NCBI GenBank assembly: GCA_964252035.1
Contig: CAXUOO010000157.1
Source of the DNA: Podarcis erhardii
Taxonomy: Eukaryota
Reading direction: 5' to 3' (one strand)
Length of the DNA stretch: 64,000 nt
The notes under the pieces were generated by a model. It worked only from the letters and a program-made list of their open reading frames with translations. It made no database searches and was not told the DNA's origin. Each line of letters begins with the position of its first letter. Positions within the stretch are counted from its first letter, which is position 1. Below are positions 38,001-49,596 of this stretch, piece by piece. The position numbers were made by a program, and so were the translations under genes.

Positions 38001-39424
38001 TTGAAAACGCGAGGCTGCTGCTCTGGTGATGTGCAGCTTTACTCTGATAAAAAAGCTCATTTGTTGTGGTGTATTGCTGCTCTACACTATGCTGCTACTG
38101 TAGTTGGTGCTGGAATAGCACACGTCAGGTGCTGTGTGTCTTTGCACAGTTTGCATTCAAATTGGGTGCTGGTGTGCTTCACACGCACAGCTGTCTGTTC
38201 TAACTGCCATATATATAAAAAGTGGGGTGTACGTAGTGGTGAGATAATATTCTTGTCAGTTGCAAATTCTGGAAGCGTAGATGAAGATGTGTAGACGTTG
38301 GTGCAGCCGCTGTGCTGTAGAAGTGCTGCTGCTTGTGCGAGTCTCACTGCGGGTGTACGTACACTGCTTGGGGTGTACGTAGTGGTGAGATAGTATTCTT
38401 GTCAGTTGCAAATGCTGTTCCAGCATCACTACCATCTACACATAACAGAAACATATATATATATATATGATGAAGATGTGTAGACGTTGGTGCAGCAGCT
38501 TGCAGTTTCACGAGTGGTTGCTGTAAAAGTGCTGCTGCTTGTGCGAGTCTCACTGCGGGTGTACGTACACTGCTTGGGGTGTATGTACAGCCTGGAGCGC
38601 AGCGGCAAGTCGTCTTTCGCGTTGCTGCAGGAGTCTTTCCTTCCCAGAAACTCGCCGGCAGCTTCTTTTTCTCAGCGCCCACGCCTGCATTTTGACTCTC
38701 AAAAGCGGCATTTCTTTGAGTCTAAAGCAGCAGCTTCAACAGCTGCAACGGCAGTGAAGCAAGTCCAGGCAGCAGCAGCAGCAGTAAGTGCAGGAAATGA
38801 AAATGAGAGTGAAGAAACGGCAGGCACAGCAGACTTTTCGGTGAATCTGCGGCTGTCGCGGAATAGTAGTAGTAGTGGTGCAGCAGCTCCCGCGTTCTCA
38901 GCTACTGAGCAGATGAGAGGAACTTCTGCAATTGTTTTTGCAGCAGACTCATTAAGACAAAGAAATTTGACTGCAGATATGACCACTTTTGCAGGAGAAA
39001 CGCTGCTGTGCAGAGCAGAGAGTAGCGAGGCGTTGACGAAGAAAGCAATGACAGCAAACGCAGCTGGAGGAGCTGACCACGTGTCTGCAGCTGTAGCAGT
39101 AGAAGTAGTAGCAGAAGCAACTGCGAATTCGACGTCGTCTTTTGCGGCTTCTTCTTCCATTTTAAGTGAGCTTTTAGAACAGGCAACCCTCTATCAGGCA
39201 ATCGCATACAGTCTACCTCTCGAATTTCGTGTGTATGTATGCTTATCTGTGTATAAGCTGAGTGTGTGGGGTGCAGAACGAACACACACAAACACTCGTT
39301 ACGAGAAACTTCATGACTCACTCTGACGACAGTTGCGTGTCTGCGCCTTGGGTGCAACCTCGTCTTGAATCTACAGAAAATATGCAACTTTTTCATATTC
39401 TTACAAATGTCAGCATAACCATAC

Positions 39425-39457
<33 letters not shown>

Positions 39458-42400
39458 ATGTGAAAAGTATATCAAGTAAGTTTTACGCTTGTGCTGAACA
39501 GAGAAACCACCAGAAGCTCGGAAGTATGCCGGCACGACTCAGGTAGCTGTGGTGTCTACATCCAACTTCGAAACAACATACGACTATATTCAAACACATA
39601 CATATGTCAGTGCAACGCTTGTGCTGTGTGCAACACTGATAATTTAATTTTGTTTTTTTGTGCGGCACTTCTTCTGCGCACGTTTCTGACGAAATCTGTC
39701 TTATATTTACCGACTTGTTAGTGGATGATTTCTGCGTAGTGTCCCTGTGCTCTGCTCTACAATCAGCTGCGGCTGTCGGTCTGAAGTAGATCATTTGAAC
39801 ATATATTTCATTCATATATATATATGAATTGTAGCGTGTTTCTTGGATTGACTTCCTCAACCTTGTCCGATTGTGCCTCTTATATACACGAAATGTGTTG
39901 AATTTGGTGTTTCTTCCTCTAAATTGGAGGTCGATTCAAAGGCATTTACGTTGGCTCTCTCAAACAAACATAATTAACGCTAACTGTCGCTCTTCTTCTC
40001 CTGCAGCGAAAGTGTTTGTGTGTGTGTGTGATGTTTCCCGTGTGGTTACCACTACATCTACTACTACTACTCTCACTACTACTACAACTACAGAGCAGCC
40101 ATTGACTCTGAAATGGCTGCTTACTTTCGCAAACCTACTTGGGGCTGGACTGAGCAGAAGCGAAGCAGAGCTTTTACTGCAGCAACTTCCCCTTGTTTTG
40201 CAGCAGCAGCAGACAAGACAGCAGTGGAAAAAAGGCGAGTTCCAGCAAAATTTCCAAAGCAGCAGTTTAGACCCCTCCAAAACCAGCAGAGCACTTTTTT
40301 TGCACCTTCTCTGCATCGATTCAAAAGCCAGGGCGACTAGCCACTGTCTAGACAGCGCTAGTGGAGAGACGCAGAGCCACAGCGAAAGCAGCAGTGGTGA
40401 TGATGGCAGCAAGAGAAGCAGTGGTGGTTGCAAATTTCCTTTTTCTGCTGCCAGTAAACCGACAGCTGCCTTTCTCGCAGGCGCTCTTGCAGACAGTCGT
40501 TTCTTTTTTTTGCAGAACTATCGCAGAGCAGTGAAGTGGGCAGCAGAAAATGTGTGGCAAGCTGCTTCTGAGTGCTTCTTTTGTTTCCAGCCAGTTCCAG
40601 CAGTCGCTTTTGCGGCTGCAGAAAAAGACTCAACAGAAGTTCCACGACTTTCGGCAGACTGTGCGCATGCATCGTCCGCGTCAATTCGAGCTCTTTCTGT
40701 CCCCTTTAAAGCAGCGAAAAACTCTGCAGCGCCAGCAAGGATGACTTGTGGGGAAAAGACTGCTTTGAACTTGAACGGCTGCGCCTCTGATTTTCTCTGT
40801 CCAACTAGTGCCCCGCTAGCTGAGCGTGGTGGGGGGAAAAATGCAGTTTCAGACAAGCAAGTTGGAGCAGTTGAGACAACTTCTTCTTCTTTTGAGCAGC
40901 TGCAGCTCCTTTTCTGGAAACACTGGAAGGCCTCGTTGTTGCGCCTCTTTTCTCAGTTCGACCAAACAAATACGCGCTGCATTTCCCGGTAATTTGCCTC
41001 AAACCTGCAGCGCTTTTTCGCTCTCCTTTTTGCAGTCTGGCACACACTTGTATTGCTGTTTCTGCTTTCTTGCATGCAAAGTGACTTGCAGCTTCAGCTC
41101 GCAGCAGACAAGTTTCCTTCTTGCTTCGGCAATCCACTCAAAAGTGCATGCAATAGCCACAAAAAACACCACTCAATCCCGTCTTCTCGGCAACCCGCTT
41201 CTTGCAGACCTTCTTACGCAGATTGTGGAAGAAGTCTTGGGCTCTATTTACTGCTGCTTTTTTGCATGTGCATAACTATATGTGCGACGAGCTTCGAATA
41301 CCTCCACTTGTCTACATGCGCATGCATGCATTGGTTGTTCAGGAAGAATTTTCACAGGGCGCTTTCAGCGCTTTCTTCAGCGTTTTCAGCGAAACAAATC
41401 AAAGTTCTCTATCGCCTTTCTCCCAAAACATACACTGGAAGTGTGCGGTAAGCATTTCTACGATGAAGAAAAGGCATGCACCACTGCACACAAATCCCAT
41501 AAACTGACAGCACAAAGTCCCAAAACTACATGCGTCCATACAGTTGACCCTATATCATCGAGGAGAGTTGTTTGTGTGTAGTGATGATGAGAGGTGTACA
41601 TCGAAAAAAAGCTTGTACTGTATGCGGTGCGTCTCAGTGCTGTCCGTAGAAAAATAGACTATATAGATATATATAGTTTATATATGTATAGAGGGGATTC
41701 TGTGTACGAAATTGTCTGTATAGATCTCCGTAAATACAGAGACATTGAAGGTAAAACGGGGGACGTGTAGAGCTGGTTTGGTGTGTGAGGAAGGAAAGAC
41801 ACAACTTTCAGACATTGTGTCAGAGAAGACTTATGTGTTTTTGTTTCGTTTTGTTTGTTTATTTGCTGCTCTGCTGTTGCTGTGGCTGCAGATATGACCA
41901 GTGGATAGAATCTTTGCAACTGCATGCGCATCCACTCCTTCTTCCTGCACCTTTTCAAGCACAAAAACAGCAGACAAAGACAAACGAGCAACTCCACCGC
42001 AAGTTTGCTGAGTCAAACTTCGAGGCAGAAAACTGCTTGGACCAACGGCTTTTGCAGCCCCTCTCTGAGGACCTGTCTGAGGCTTTTCCAGTCTTTGAAA
42101 AAAATCTTTTTCAGCAGTGCATGCATCGTCCGTCGTGTTTGAGGCAGTCCTTTTCCAGGCAAGAGTCGGGTGATTGCGACGAAAAGAAAGAGTTGTTGCA
42201 CAGAAAAGACTGGAAATCGCAGAGCAGCAGCCCTTTCTCTGAATCTGCAGCAGCTGAAGGTTTCGAAGAAGAAAGTTCAACTGCATGCGGCTCAAAAAAA
42301 GACGTCGAGCAACAGCGAAGGGCGACAGCTAGTGAAGCAGTCATCGCCACAGGGCCTGCACCAGCAAGAGCAGCAGCAAAAAAAAAAAGAGCCAAAGCAA

Positions 42401-45400
42401 ATAAGTTAGCAGCAATAACAGGAAAAGAGAAGGACTCAACACCACTAGCAAGTTTGTCTGAGCAGGCGAGTGCGATAACAGGAAATGTTTCGAGTTTTTT
42501 GAAGACTGCACCAACGGAAAAAAAGCACCAAAAGAAGGCAGGGGACTTGTGGCTAGTAGAAGGAGACGCCTTTTGCTTTTTCAAAGAAGAAAGTGGAGCG
42601 TGGAGAAAAAGCCAGGAAAACGCAGCAGCAGCCTCACCACCACTGTCTTTTTCGAAACTGGGCGCGGAGCAGTCTGTGTGTGCGAGTTCTGGTCGGCTGC
42701 AAGTGCTGAAAGAGACTGCTGAGCAACGCAGGGAAAATCGCAGACACAATTCACTTCCTCCAGTGTTCATTCCTCTCGCAAAAACTTCCCCCAATCCGCA
42801 GCCCTTCTTCCAGCACACGTACGTGGCAGCTCACGAAAAGAGAGTGGTGATTTTTGCTGCTGAAAAAAAATGTGTGGCGACCGCGTGTTTTTCTGCGTTT
42901 CGAGTGAAACTCCCAAAGCAACTTTGAAAGATTTGTGCTCTTGTTTTCGTGTGGAGAAACTGTGACTTTCCTGCACGACGATTGCTGAGTCGGTCGGCAG
43001 TGTTTCGTCGCGAAAGTGTGCTGCTTCGACTTTGTTTTTTGCATGCAGATCCAACCGAGCCTCTTCGCCACTGGCTGCTGGCCACTGCAGTTGTTGTTGC
43101 TTGGAGATTCAGCGCTCGCCTTCTCACGAAGAAGAGGAGAACTTGACGAAGCAGAGCATTAGTGGTCGCCAGCAAAGGGGTGGAGAAGAAAAGCCGCTCG
43201 ACTACTTCTTCGAAGGAGGCGACAACGACAACAACAGCAGTCCCCCCTTAGCCACAGACAGCGCAGAAGGAGGCCCAACAACGAGTGTGCAGTGTTTCGG
43301 AGAAGAGCAGCAGTGGAGCCACCACACCCCTCCTTCGCAGCGAAGCAGCGACTGCTGCAGTTTGCGGCCTCCAAAAAAGGCGCTTTCTTCTTCTTCTTTT
43401 GCAGCTGCTGCTACTTTTTCGTGTCCGACCACTAGTCGTCACTTCGACAACAACTCCCAGAGCCACAAATCTCCTCGTCACTCCTTGGAGGACTCTGAAG
43501 CAACAAGCCACTCGTCTGCATGCACCGTGAAAACGAGGCCGCTGCAGCTGGCACTGCCCCAGCAAGAGCAGCAGCGACGAGCGACGAGTCGCACAAGTGG
43601 AAAAGCAGGGGGCGCAGTGAATTTCGAAGAAGAAGAAGTGGCAGCGACGTCTGCAGCAGGCGGCTCCACTACTGCCACCGCTGAGCCGTCGACTGCAGTG
43701 ACTGAGGCGCTGACGTCTTTGTCTTCTTCAGTCGCTGCGCTACTCACTTGTCCCCACAACTCTGCGACAGACTCTCTCTCTCCTTTCTTCGGCTCTGCGT
43801 CCTCACCCCCAGTCAGTTGCTGCTCCGTCGTCACCACCACTGCCACCGTCGTCACCACTTCTGCGGCTTTTGTTCAGCCACCACCACCTCTACAACAGAC
43901 CCCAAGTAGTTGTGCAGCAGTGGAGCAAACTAACCGAGAACAACTCACGCACTCTCCAGCTGCTGCAACACCCACCGCCTTCCCTTCCCCCTCAAAGCGT
44001 CGATCGAACCAACTCCAGCCACCACAAACACTCCACCCACAACAACGCCAGACGCAAAGTCCGACTCAACCACTGGCGCTCCTTCAAGTCCCTTTTCCAC
44101 CACCTCCATCACCTTCATCACCACCTTCACCACCCCCGACTGCAGTAGACACGCTTTTTTCTCCCCTTTCCGTGGCTACTGCAGAGGCTGAAGAAAACGC
44201 CACGGAAAAGGTCCTTGCTTGTTTCCTGCCTCTTCTTCCCACCAGCGCCAGTCCGTCGCCTTCTCTCAGTGCGGCGATTTCCTGCTGCTCAACTCTCTTC
44301 GACACCAACTCACCCTGCAGCAGCACTGCCGACAAGCCCCCCCCCCCGCAGCCGACGACTGCCGGGCCGCGCTGCGGGGTGACCTCCGCCTCGCCGTCCT
44401 CGTCGGCAGCGACTCCCGCGGCGGTCGCGGTCGTTGGGCTCCAAGTCGGCGCCGCCGACGCGCGCTCGGCGCCCCGCGGCGCTGGAAGTGGCTGGGGAAG
44501 TCGTCGCTGGAGAGAAAGAAGCGGGAGACGAAGAAGAAAGCGGGGAAGTGGATTCTTCTGCAGAGAAAGTCGAAGAAGAGGGGCTGGGCAGTGGCTGGCA
44601 ACGACGACGAACTGCTTCGATCAGGAGAAGAGGGGCTGCAGTTGTCGTCGTCGCTGCTTCGTCAGGCGCAGCAAGCAAAGAACAACAGCCTGCTGCTGCT
44701 GCTGCTTCTTCTCTGCTGTTGCCTCTCTCGTTTTCAGCAGACAAAAAAGAAGAGGAAAGCAGCAGCAGCAGACGGGCCAGTGCAGACGAAGACGGTCAGT
44801 CGCTGGCTGCAGCGCTGTCTGGTGCGAACTCGCCCCCTCTAGCGACGACTGCCTCTGCTAGCAAACTTTCTTCTGCGGTGTTTGGCGTGGAAAATGACGC
44901 AGCTGCACCACACGTTCCAAGTAGACACAAACTGGCTCCAGCAACGGCTGCTGCTTTCGCTGCGTCTGCTGTTTCCTCTTCTCCACCAGAAACTACTGCT
45001 CCTGCTGCTGCTCCTTTTTCGACAACAAAAAGAAGCTCTGCAAAGCAGCAGCGATTCAGCCACTCAGTTTCCACTCCTTTACGCACGAAGGACTGGCCAG
45101 TTTTCACTGCAGAAACTTTCAACGAAGCCAGCAACGCCTCTGGCAGTTGCAGGATGCGTCGCTACTCTTACAGCTGCTTTCTTCCCGATTTCTGCGCAGC
45201 TCAACAGCCACGACGAAAACAATCGAGACTTCCGTCAATAGCAGGTGCAAGCACACTTGGTGAATGTAGAAAGACTAGACACAGGTGTCTAGTTGCCTCA
45301 CACTGAGCAGCAGTTCACAAAAGTTCAACGAACTCATAATAGAGTGCCTGCGACTTGGAAATAGAGAGTGTGTGACTGCACAAGCTCTGCAAGGTTGCAG

Positions 45401-48400
45401 CAGCACATGCAACAGCAGCAGAGATCGCTTTTTCTGCTGCATGTGTTGGTTAACAACAGCGCAAAACGTTGTAGAGAAGCCAGACAGCACTTCTTCTCTT
45501 CACATTGCATGCACGTAACTTCGAAACACACAGAAACGCAGATCTGCAATGACATCAAAGCACTAAAAAACCACACGCCAACAACACAGCACCCCTCTTG
45601 AAGAAGAGCTGACTGTGTGATTTACACGGCAGCGCTAGAAAATAGAAGGCTTCATTCTATGATGCTGCTGCTTCTTCAAAACAGCCGCTAAGTTATACTG
45701 CTGCTGCTTTTGCGAAGTTTCTCAAAGGTGAAGCAAGTCCAACGCGAAAAGGCGAGGCCAAATCAGACACACACATATACATATATATATATGTGTGTGT
45801 ATATTTTCGATTCTACAACAACACAGTAGGAACTTTTTTTCTTATGGACATGCATTCAACTTTGTTGTACTAACCAGCACACGTCTCCGAATTTGTATGT
45901 GTGTGGGGCCTTCATCATGATCACTCCACGAATTCAAAGAGAAAATATCTATGCATGTGTGTGCATAGTTTGGGAGCATCCACATAAGGAAAAGGCGCAA
46001 ACAAGAGCTCCACCAGTAGTTTGGTTTAGACAGAAGCAGGCTGCGATTGAGTTGCATGCACCACCACTTGAAGCATGTGTCGCGACGCAAGAAGAAACTT
46101 TGTTTTTTTTATTGACATGCATTTGAATGAAACCAGTCAGTCTGCAGCAGCCCCAACGTCTCTGTCCCGTTTTTCTGAAGAAAAAGGCGCCACTGCAGGA
46201 ACGCGTTTGATTTTTGCATTGTTCCACTGTTTTTTCTCCAATTTGAAGCATTCTTCTTTCAAACTCAAAGCCTCTGAATAATAATGCGAGTTGCATGTGT
46301 GTGTTTGAGTGCTGATTTTTGTGCAGGAGCGCATGCGTCTGCGAGACAAAGATTTCAGTTGTTCGACGAAACGGACCGAAGAGAAACTGCTGGAAGAAAA
46401 ACAACGAGTGAAGCAAGTCGAACTGCTGCTGTTTCTCTGCAGCAACTGACAGACGACGAGTGGCCACATTCCCCAGTATTTCTGCGGCTGGTTTCGTCCT
46501 CAAACTGCATGCAGCAAACAAATTCGCGCCCTTTTCTTCCTCCAAGCGAGAGCGACCCAACAAACTCTCCGAGCTCAAAGTTGACGCAGCAGCAGAAGCT
46601 CCTTTCTGCGTCTCCTTTGCGAGTTTCTGCAACTGCAACTAAACCAGCAGCAACTGCAGAGTTTCCTGATTCTTTTTCTGCTTTTTCTCCTTTTTCTGTG
46701 GGTGAATCCACCAGTTCGGAAGAAGAGGCTGAAGAAAGAAAGCTCTTTGCAGCCGTCGACGCTGCAGTTGATTTTCCGTGTGAAACTACTAGCACAGAAG
46801 GAGTGGCAACACTGGAAGTTTCCTCTGCTGGTGCATGCGTTTTCAGCAGCAGTTCAGAAACTCTCTCTTCAAGCGCTTCTTCTTCTGGTGCAGAGCAAAA
46901 CACTCGTGGTAAAACATGTGTTTGTAGTGAAATTGGGCTTCAACCACCAACGTTTTCGAATCGCCCTTTTTTCAAGTCTCCTTTTCGCTGCGTTTCTCCG
47001 CACTCACTCGTTGCTGGCTCAACCAGTAAGAAAACGAAAACTAAATCTATCACTGCAAATAATCATCCTTCTTCTTCTTTTGCTACTGCTGCTTCTCCAC
47101 TGATTGCAGCAACTGCCTCAGCCTCCACGACTTCCACTACTGCAAATGCTTCAACCGCCAAAACTGCTACCAGTATATATCCTGTCTCTTCTTCTTCTCT
47201 TTCACATGCTGCCCTTGCCTCGTCAAAAACAAAAATCCAAACAACTCCATTTACCACACAAAAAACGCCATTTATCACACAGAAAACTCCCATTTTCACC
47301 CCAAAACGCCAATTTTCACCCCAAAAAACGCCAACTTTCACCCAAACAACTCCTCTTTTCACCCCAAAAACTCCATTTATCACCCCAAAAACTCCATTTA
47401 TCACTCAACCCACTCCATTTATCACTCAACCCACTCCATTTATCACCCAACCCACTCCAGTTTTCAGTCAATCTACTCCAGTTTTCAGCCAAACAACTCG
47501 AAGATTCTCAGCAGCCACGGAAAGGGAGAGTCGATTGCTTTTTTCCAAAGAAGGAGGCGTGTTCAGCAGTTCTACTTCTTCACTTTCTAGTGGAGCGAAT
47601 TTAGCGTCACAAAATATCAAAAGCGTTTTTCACTCCTTTTTGCCCCTCCACCAGTCGACTTCTTTTTGCAACAGCAGCAAGTTCAACGAAACCAGCGAAA
47701 AAAAATTCAACGAAAGATCCAATAAAAGAGATAGAAGCAATTCACTCACCACATGCACTAAAAAAGATAGAAGCAACTCACTCACCACATGCAACAATAA
47801 AGATAGAAGCAATTTACTCACTACATGCACTAAAAAAGATAGAAGCAATTCACTCACCACATGCACTAAAAAAGATAGAAGCAATTCACTCACCACATGC
47901 ACTAATAAAGATAGAAGCACTTTGATCCACAGAAAAAGGATTAAAGATAGAAGCAGCAGCTGCAGCGCCGACGACGAAAGAAGCAGCGAGAGCGAAGTGG
48001 AAGAAAAAGGAGAATTTAGCTCGCGGATTTTGAGCGTTTTTGGCGCAGAAAAAAGCGAAGAAAAAAGAGCGCATTTGTGGGAGAAAGCGCCGCAGAAAGA
48101 GGGACAAACGCTTTTCACAAGAATCGACGAGAAGTGCGCAGCAACAACTACTGAAAGTGCAGCTGCTGCAATCGATGGTTTTTCCAGCCTTTCGCAGCGC
48201 TCACTAAAAACGCCAGTGTGGTGGAGCAATCGAGACAGTTCCTTTTTCTTTTTTTTTCTCAAAATAAAAACAACAAACAAGCGAGGCAAAACGCAGACAG
48301 AGCGACTGCTGCTGCAGTGCACTTGAAAGCGCAAAAAGAGACTTCAAGTGAGCCGAAAAACAACTGCATGCACCAGCACTGTTCACTGCACTGTATTGGT

Positions 48401-48748
48401 TTACGTGCAGAAAAAAGAGAGCCACAAACACAGACAGAAAAAGCGCAGAACCACCAGCAGCAGCAGCGCGGCTTTTTGTTTCGAAAAAAAGAAAGAAAGC
48501 TGCAAAAAAAGCAGCACAAAGAACTAGTGCAGGCTCAAAACAGACGTCTGTTGTCGTCTCCCACAATTCAGGCAGGCTCTTCTTCGCTTCTTTTAAGTGA
48601 GCAAGTCAAAATTCCATTTTCAGCATCGCAAAACTCTACACAAACAACTCCAAGAGACTCGATTGCTGCTACTGCTCAGGCCCTCTTTGTCTCTGTCGAA
48701 GTCATGAAGAAATCCACTTTTTCGAAAAAAGTCCTCATCTCCAACTAA
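29018..48748 (+). CDS. NEK: Giant NIMA-related (NEK family) Ser/Thr kinase with low-complexity extensions and EF-hand-like motifs; exons 29018-30239, 31391-31518, 33244-36560, 38591-39228, 40094-40988, 41343-41447, 41892-42818, 43049-45244 (or 45259), 46327-48748
   Basis: The spliced kinase domain has all key motifs: YEVITFVG|RGQFG, AKQI, LQEAE|LMKQL, HRDLKPSNILL, DFG, GTPQYMCPE, DVWALGCVLHE, DPHKRP. All eight proposed introns are GT-AG and phase-compatible (1,0,2,1,2,2,2,1). Two 1-nt frameshifts must be assumed (C4 at 44472-44475; T9 at 48249-48257). The kinase part is secure; linkage of the downstream exons into one transcript is inference. Confidence 0.7.
29270..29765 (+). repeat. Degenerate coding repeat (GGTGAAGCA/ACAACA/GAAGCAAGT units) encoding GEA-TT-EAS/VEAS peptide repeats
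   Basis: ORF 29018 reads ATGEA, ATTGEA and ATVEASE repeatedly; the Gln-rich (+) and Leu-rich (-) ORFs here are shadows of the same repeat. Confidence 0.85.
30218..33870 (+). CDS. NEK: NEK-type protein kinase catalytic domain (three exon pieces: 30218-30239, 31391-31518, 33244-~33870)
   Basis: Gly-rich loop GRGQFG, catalytic Lys (AKQ), alphaC Glu, HRDLKPSN, DFG, GTPQYMCPE and YTFKSDVWALGC are characteristic of NIMA-related kinases. The first 139 aa of track ORF 32827 are intronic. Confidence 0.95.
34460..34565 (+). repeat. (TCT/TCC/TTT) microsatellite encoding poly-Ser with Phe
   Basis: SSSSSSFSSSFSSSSSF... in the kinase-exon frame. Confidence 0.9.
34800..35270 (+). repeat. (CAC/AAC) repeats encoding His/Asn-rich tracts
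   Basis: HPNNHPPNNHHQNNH..., YHHHHHHHHHH, RHHHHHHH and HHFYHHFYHHFHHFHHH in the long kinase-exon frame. Confidence 0.9.
38224..38582. repeat. Mosaic tandem duplication within the putative NEK intron
   Basis: GGGGTGTACGTAGTGGTGAGATA.TATTCTTGTCAGTTGCAAAT at 38224 and 38370; ATGAAGATGTGTAGACGTTGGTGCAGC at 38281 and 38470; AAGTGCTGCTGCTTGTGCGAGTCTCACTGCGGGTGTACGTACACTGCTTGGGGTGTA at 38320 and 38528. Confidence 0.9.
47244..47495 (+). repeat. 21-nt coding minisatellite, 12 heptads (consensus TPFITQ/PK/P)
   Basis: ACTCCATTTATCAC(C/T)C(A/C)A(AAA/CCC)-type units: TPFTTQK TPFITQK TPIFTPK RQFSPQK TPTFTQT TPLFTPK TPFITPK TPFITQP x3 TPVFSQS TPVFSQT. Confidence 0.9.
47724..47918 (+). repeat. 36-nt coding minisatellite, 5 copies plus a partial (KKDRSNSLTTCT)
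   Basis: AAAAAAGATAGAAGCAATTCACTCACCACATGCACT-type units in the 46284 ORF frame. Confidence 0.92.
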
Positions 48749-48839
48749 CACACTACGCTTGCTTGTCCATATCTTATTCTATGATATAATATAAGCTGAA
48801 ATGCTTCAATTCTTGTCTACCAACTCCTTGCGAAACTCA

Positions 48840-48885
48840 CTTACACTCATACACATACGTAATTTACATACATACACATATAAAC

Positions 48886-48924
<39 letters not shown>

Positions 48925-48949
48925 CTGACACTCATACACATACGTAATT

Positions 48950-48997
<48 letters not shown>

Positions 48998-49027
48998 CTG
49001 ACACCGTACACATACGTAATCCAGGAC

Positions 49028-49065
<38 letters not shown>
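48840..49065. repeat. Compound minisatellite: ~40-nt unit (AACTGACACTCATACACATACGTAAT...) alternating with (TA)n
   Basis: Three related copies separated by TA tracts. Confidence 0.8.
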
Positions 49066-49067
<2 letters not shown>

Positions 49068-49548
49068 TAGATAAGTAAAGCATGCATGCTCTTTAAGTTT
49101 TCTTGTGATCAAGTTGTCGTAGCGACACCACCATGACAGGAGTTGTTATGGCTCTGGTAGTGTTATACTCTTAATAGTAACTGTGCAAATATCGTATAAA
49201 AGTATATATATATATATATATATATTTGTATATGTTTGCAAGTAGTTGATTGCTTTTTCAGTGCCTGGCTTGACTTACTTTCTACACGACTTATGATGGG
49301 CTTGGAACTTGCTTGCCAATTTCGTAAGAATGGCTTGTTGCAGTTTTACGAAGTCGCTATCTCTGCTTGTTCACTCTATATGTGAACTCAAAGCTAACGT
49401 ATCAAATTTCTGCCCCTTTTTTTTGGCTTGCCTTAGATAAAAGACTTGTTTGTGGTTGGGAAATGTATCGAAAGTGAAGAAAACACATCTTCGTTGAACC
49501 ACCTTATTCAAAACGGTCATGAATATATGTGTATATACGCACATATAC

Positions 49549-49596
<48 letters not shown>

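Noticed and set aside
36561-38590. Additional NEK exons from ORFs 37718-37915 or 37944-38294
   Set aside because: A direct phase-2 splice 36560|38591 already gives a coherent peptide, and I could not fit these ORFs with matching phases; not excluded without RNA-seq.
28331-48566. Numerous minus-strand and alternate-frame ORFs of 100-320 aa over the NEK gene
   Set aside because: CAG/GCA/GAA/CAC repeats lack stops in most frames; the products are homopolymer strings without motifs and overlap a well-supported + strand gene.
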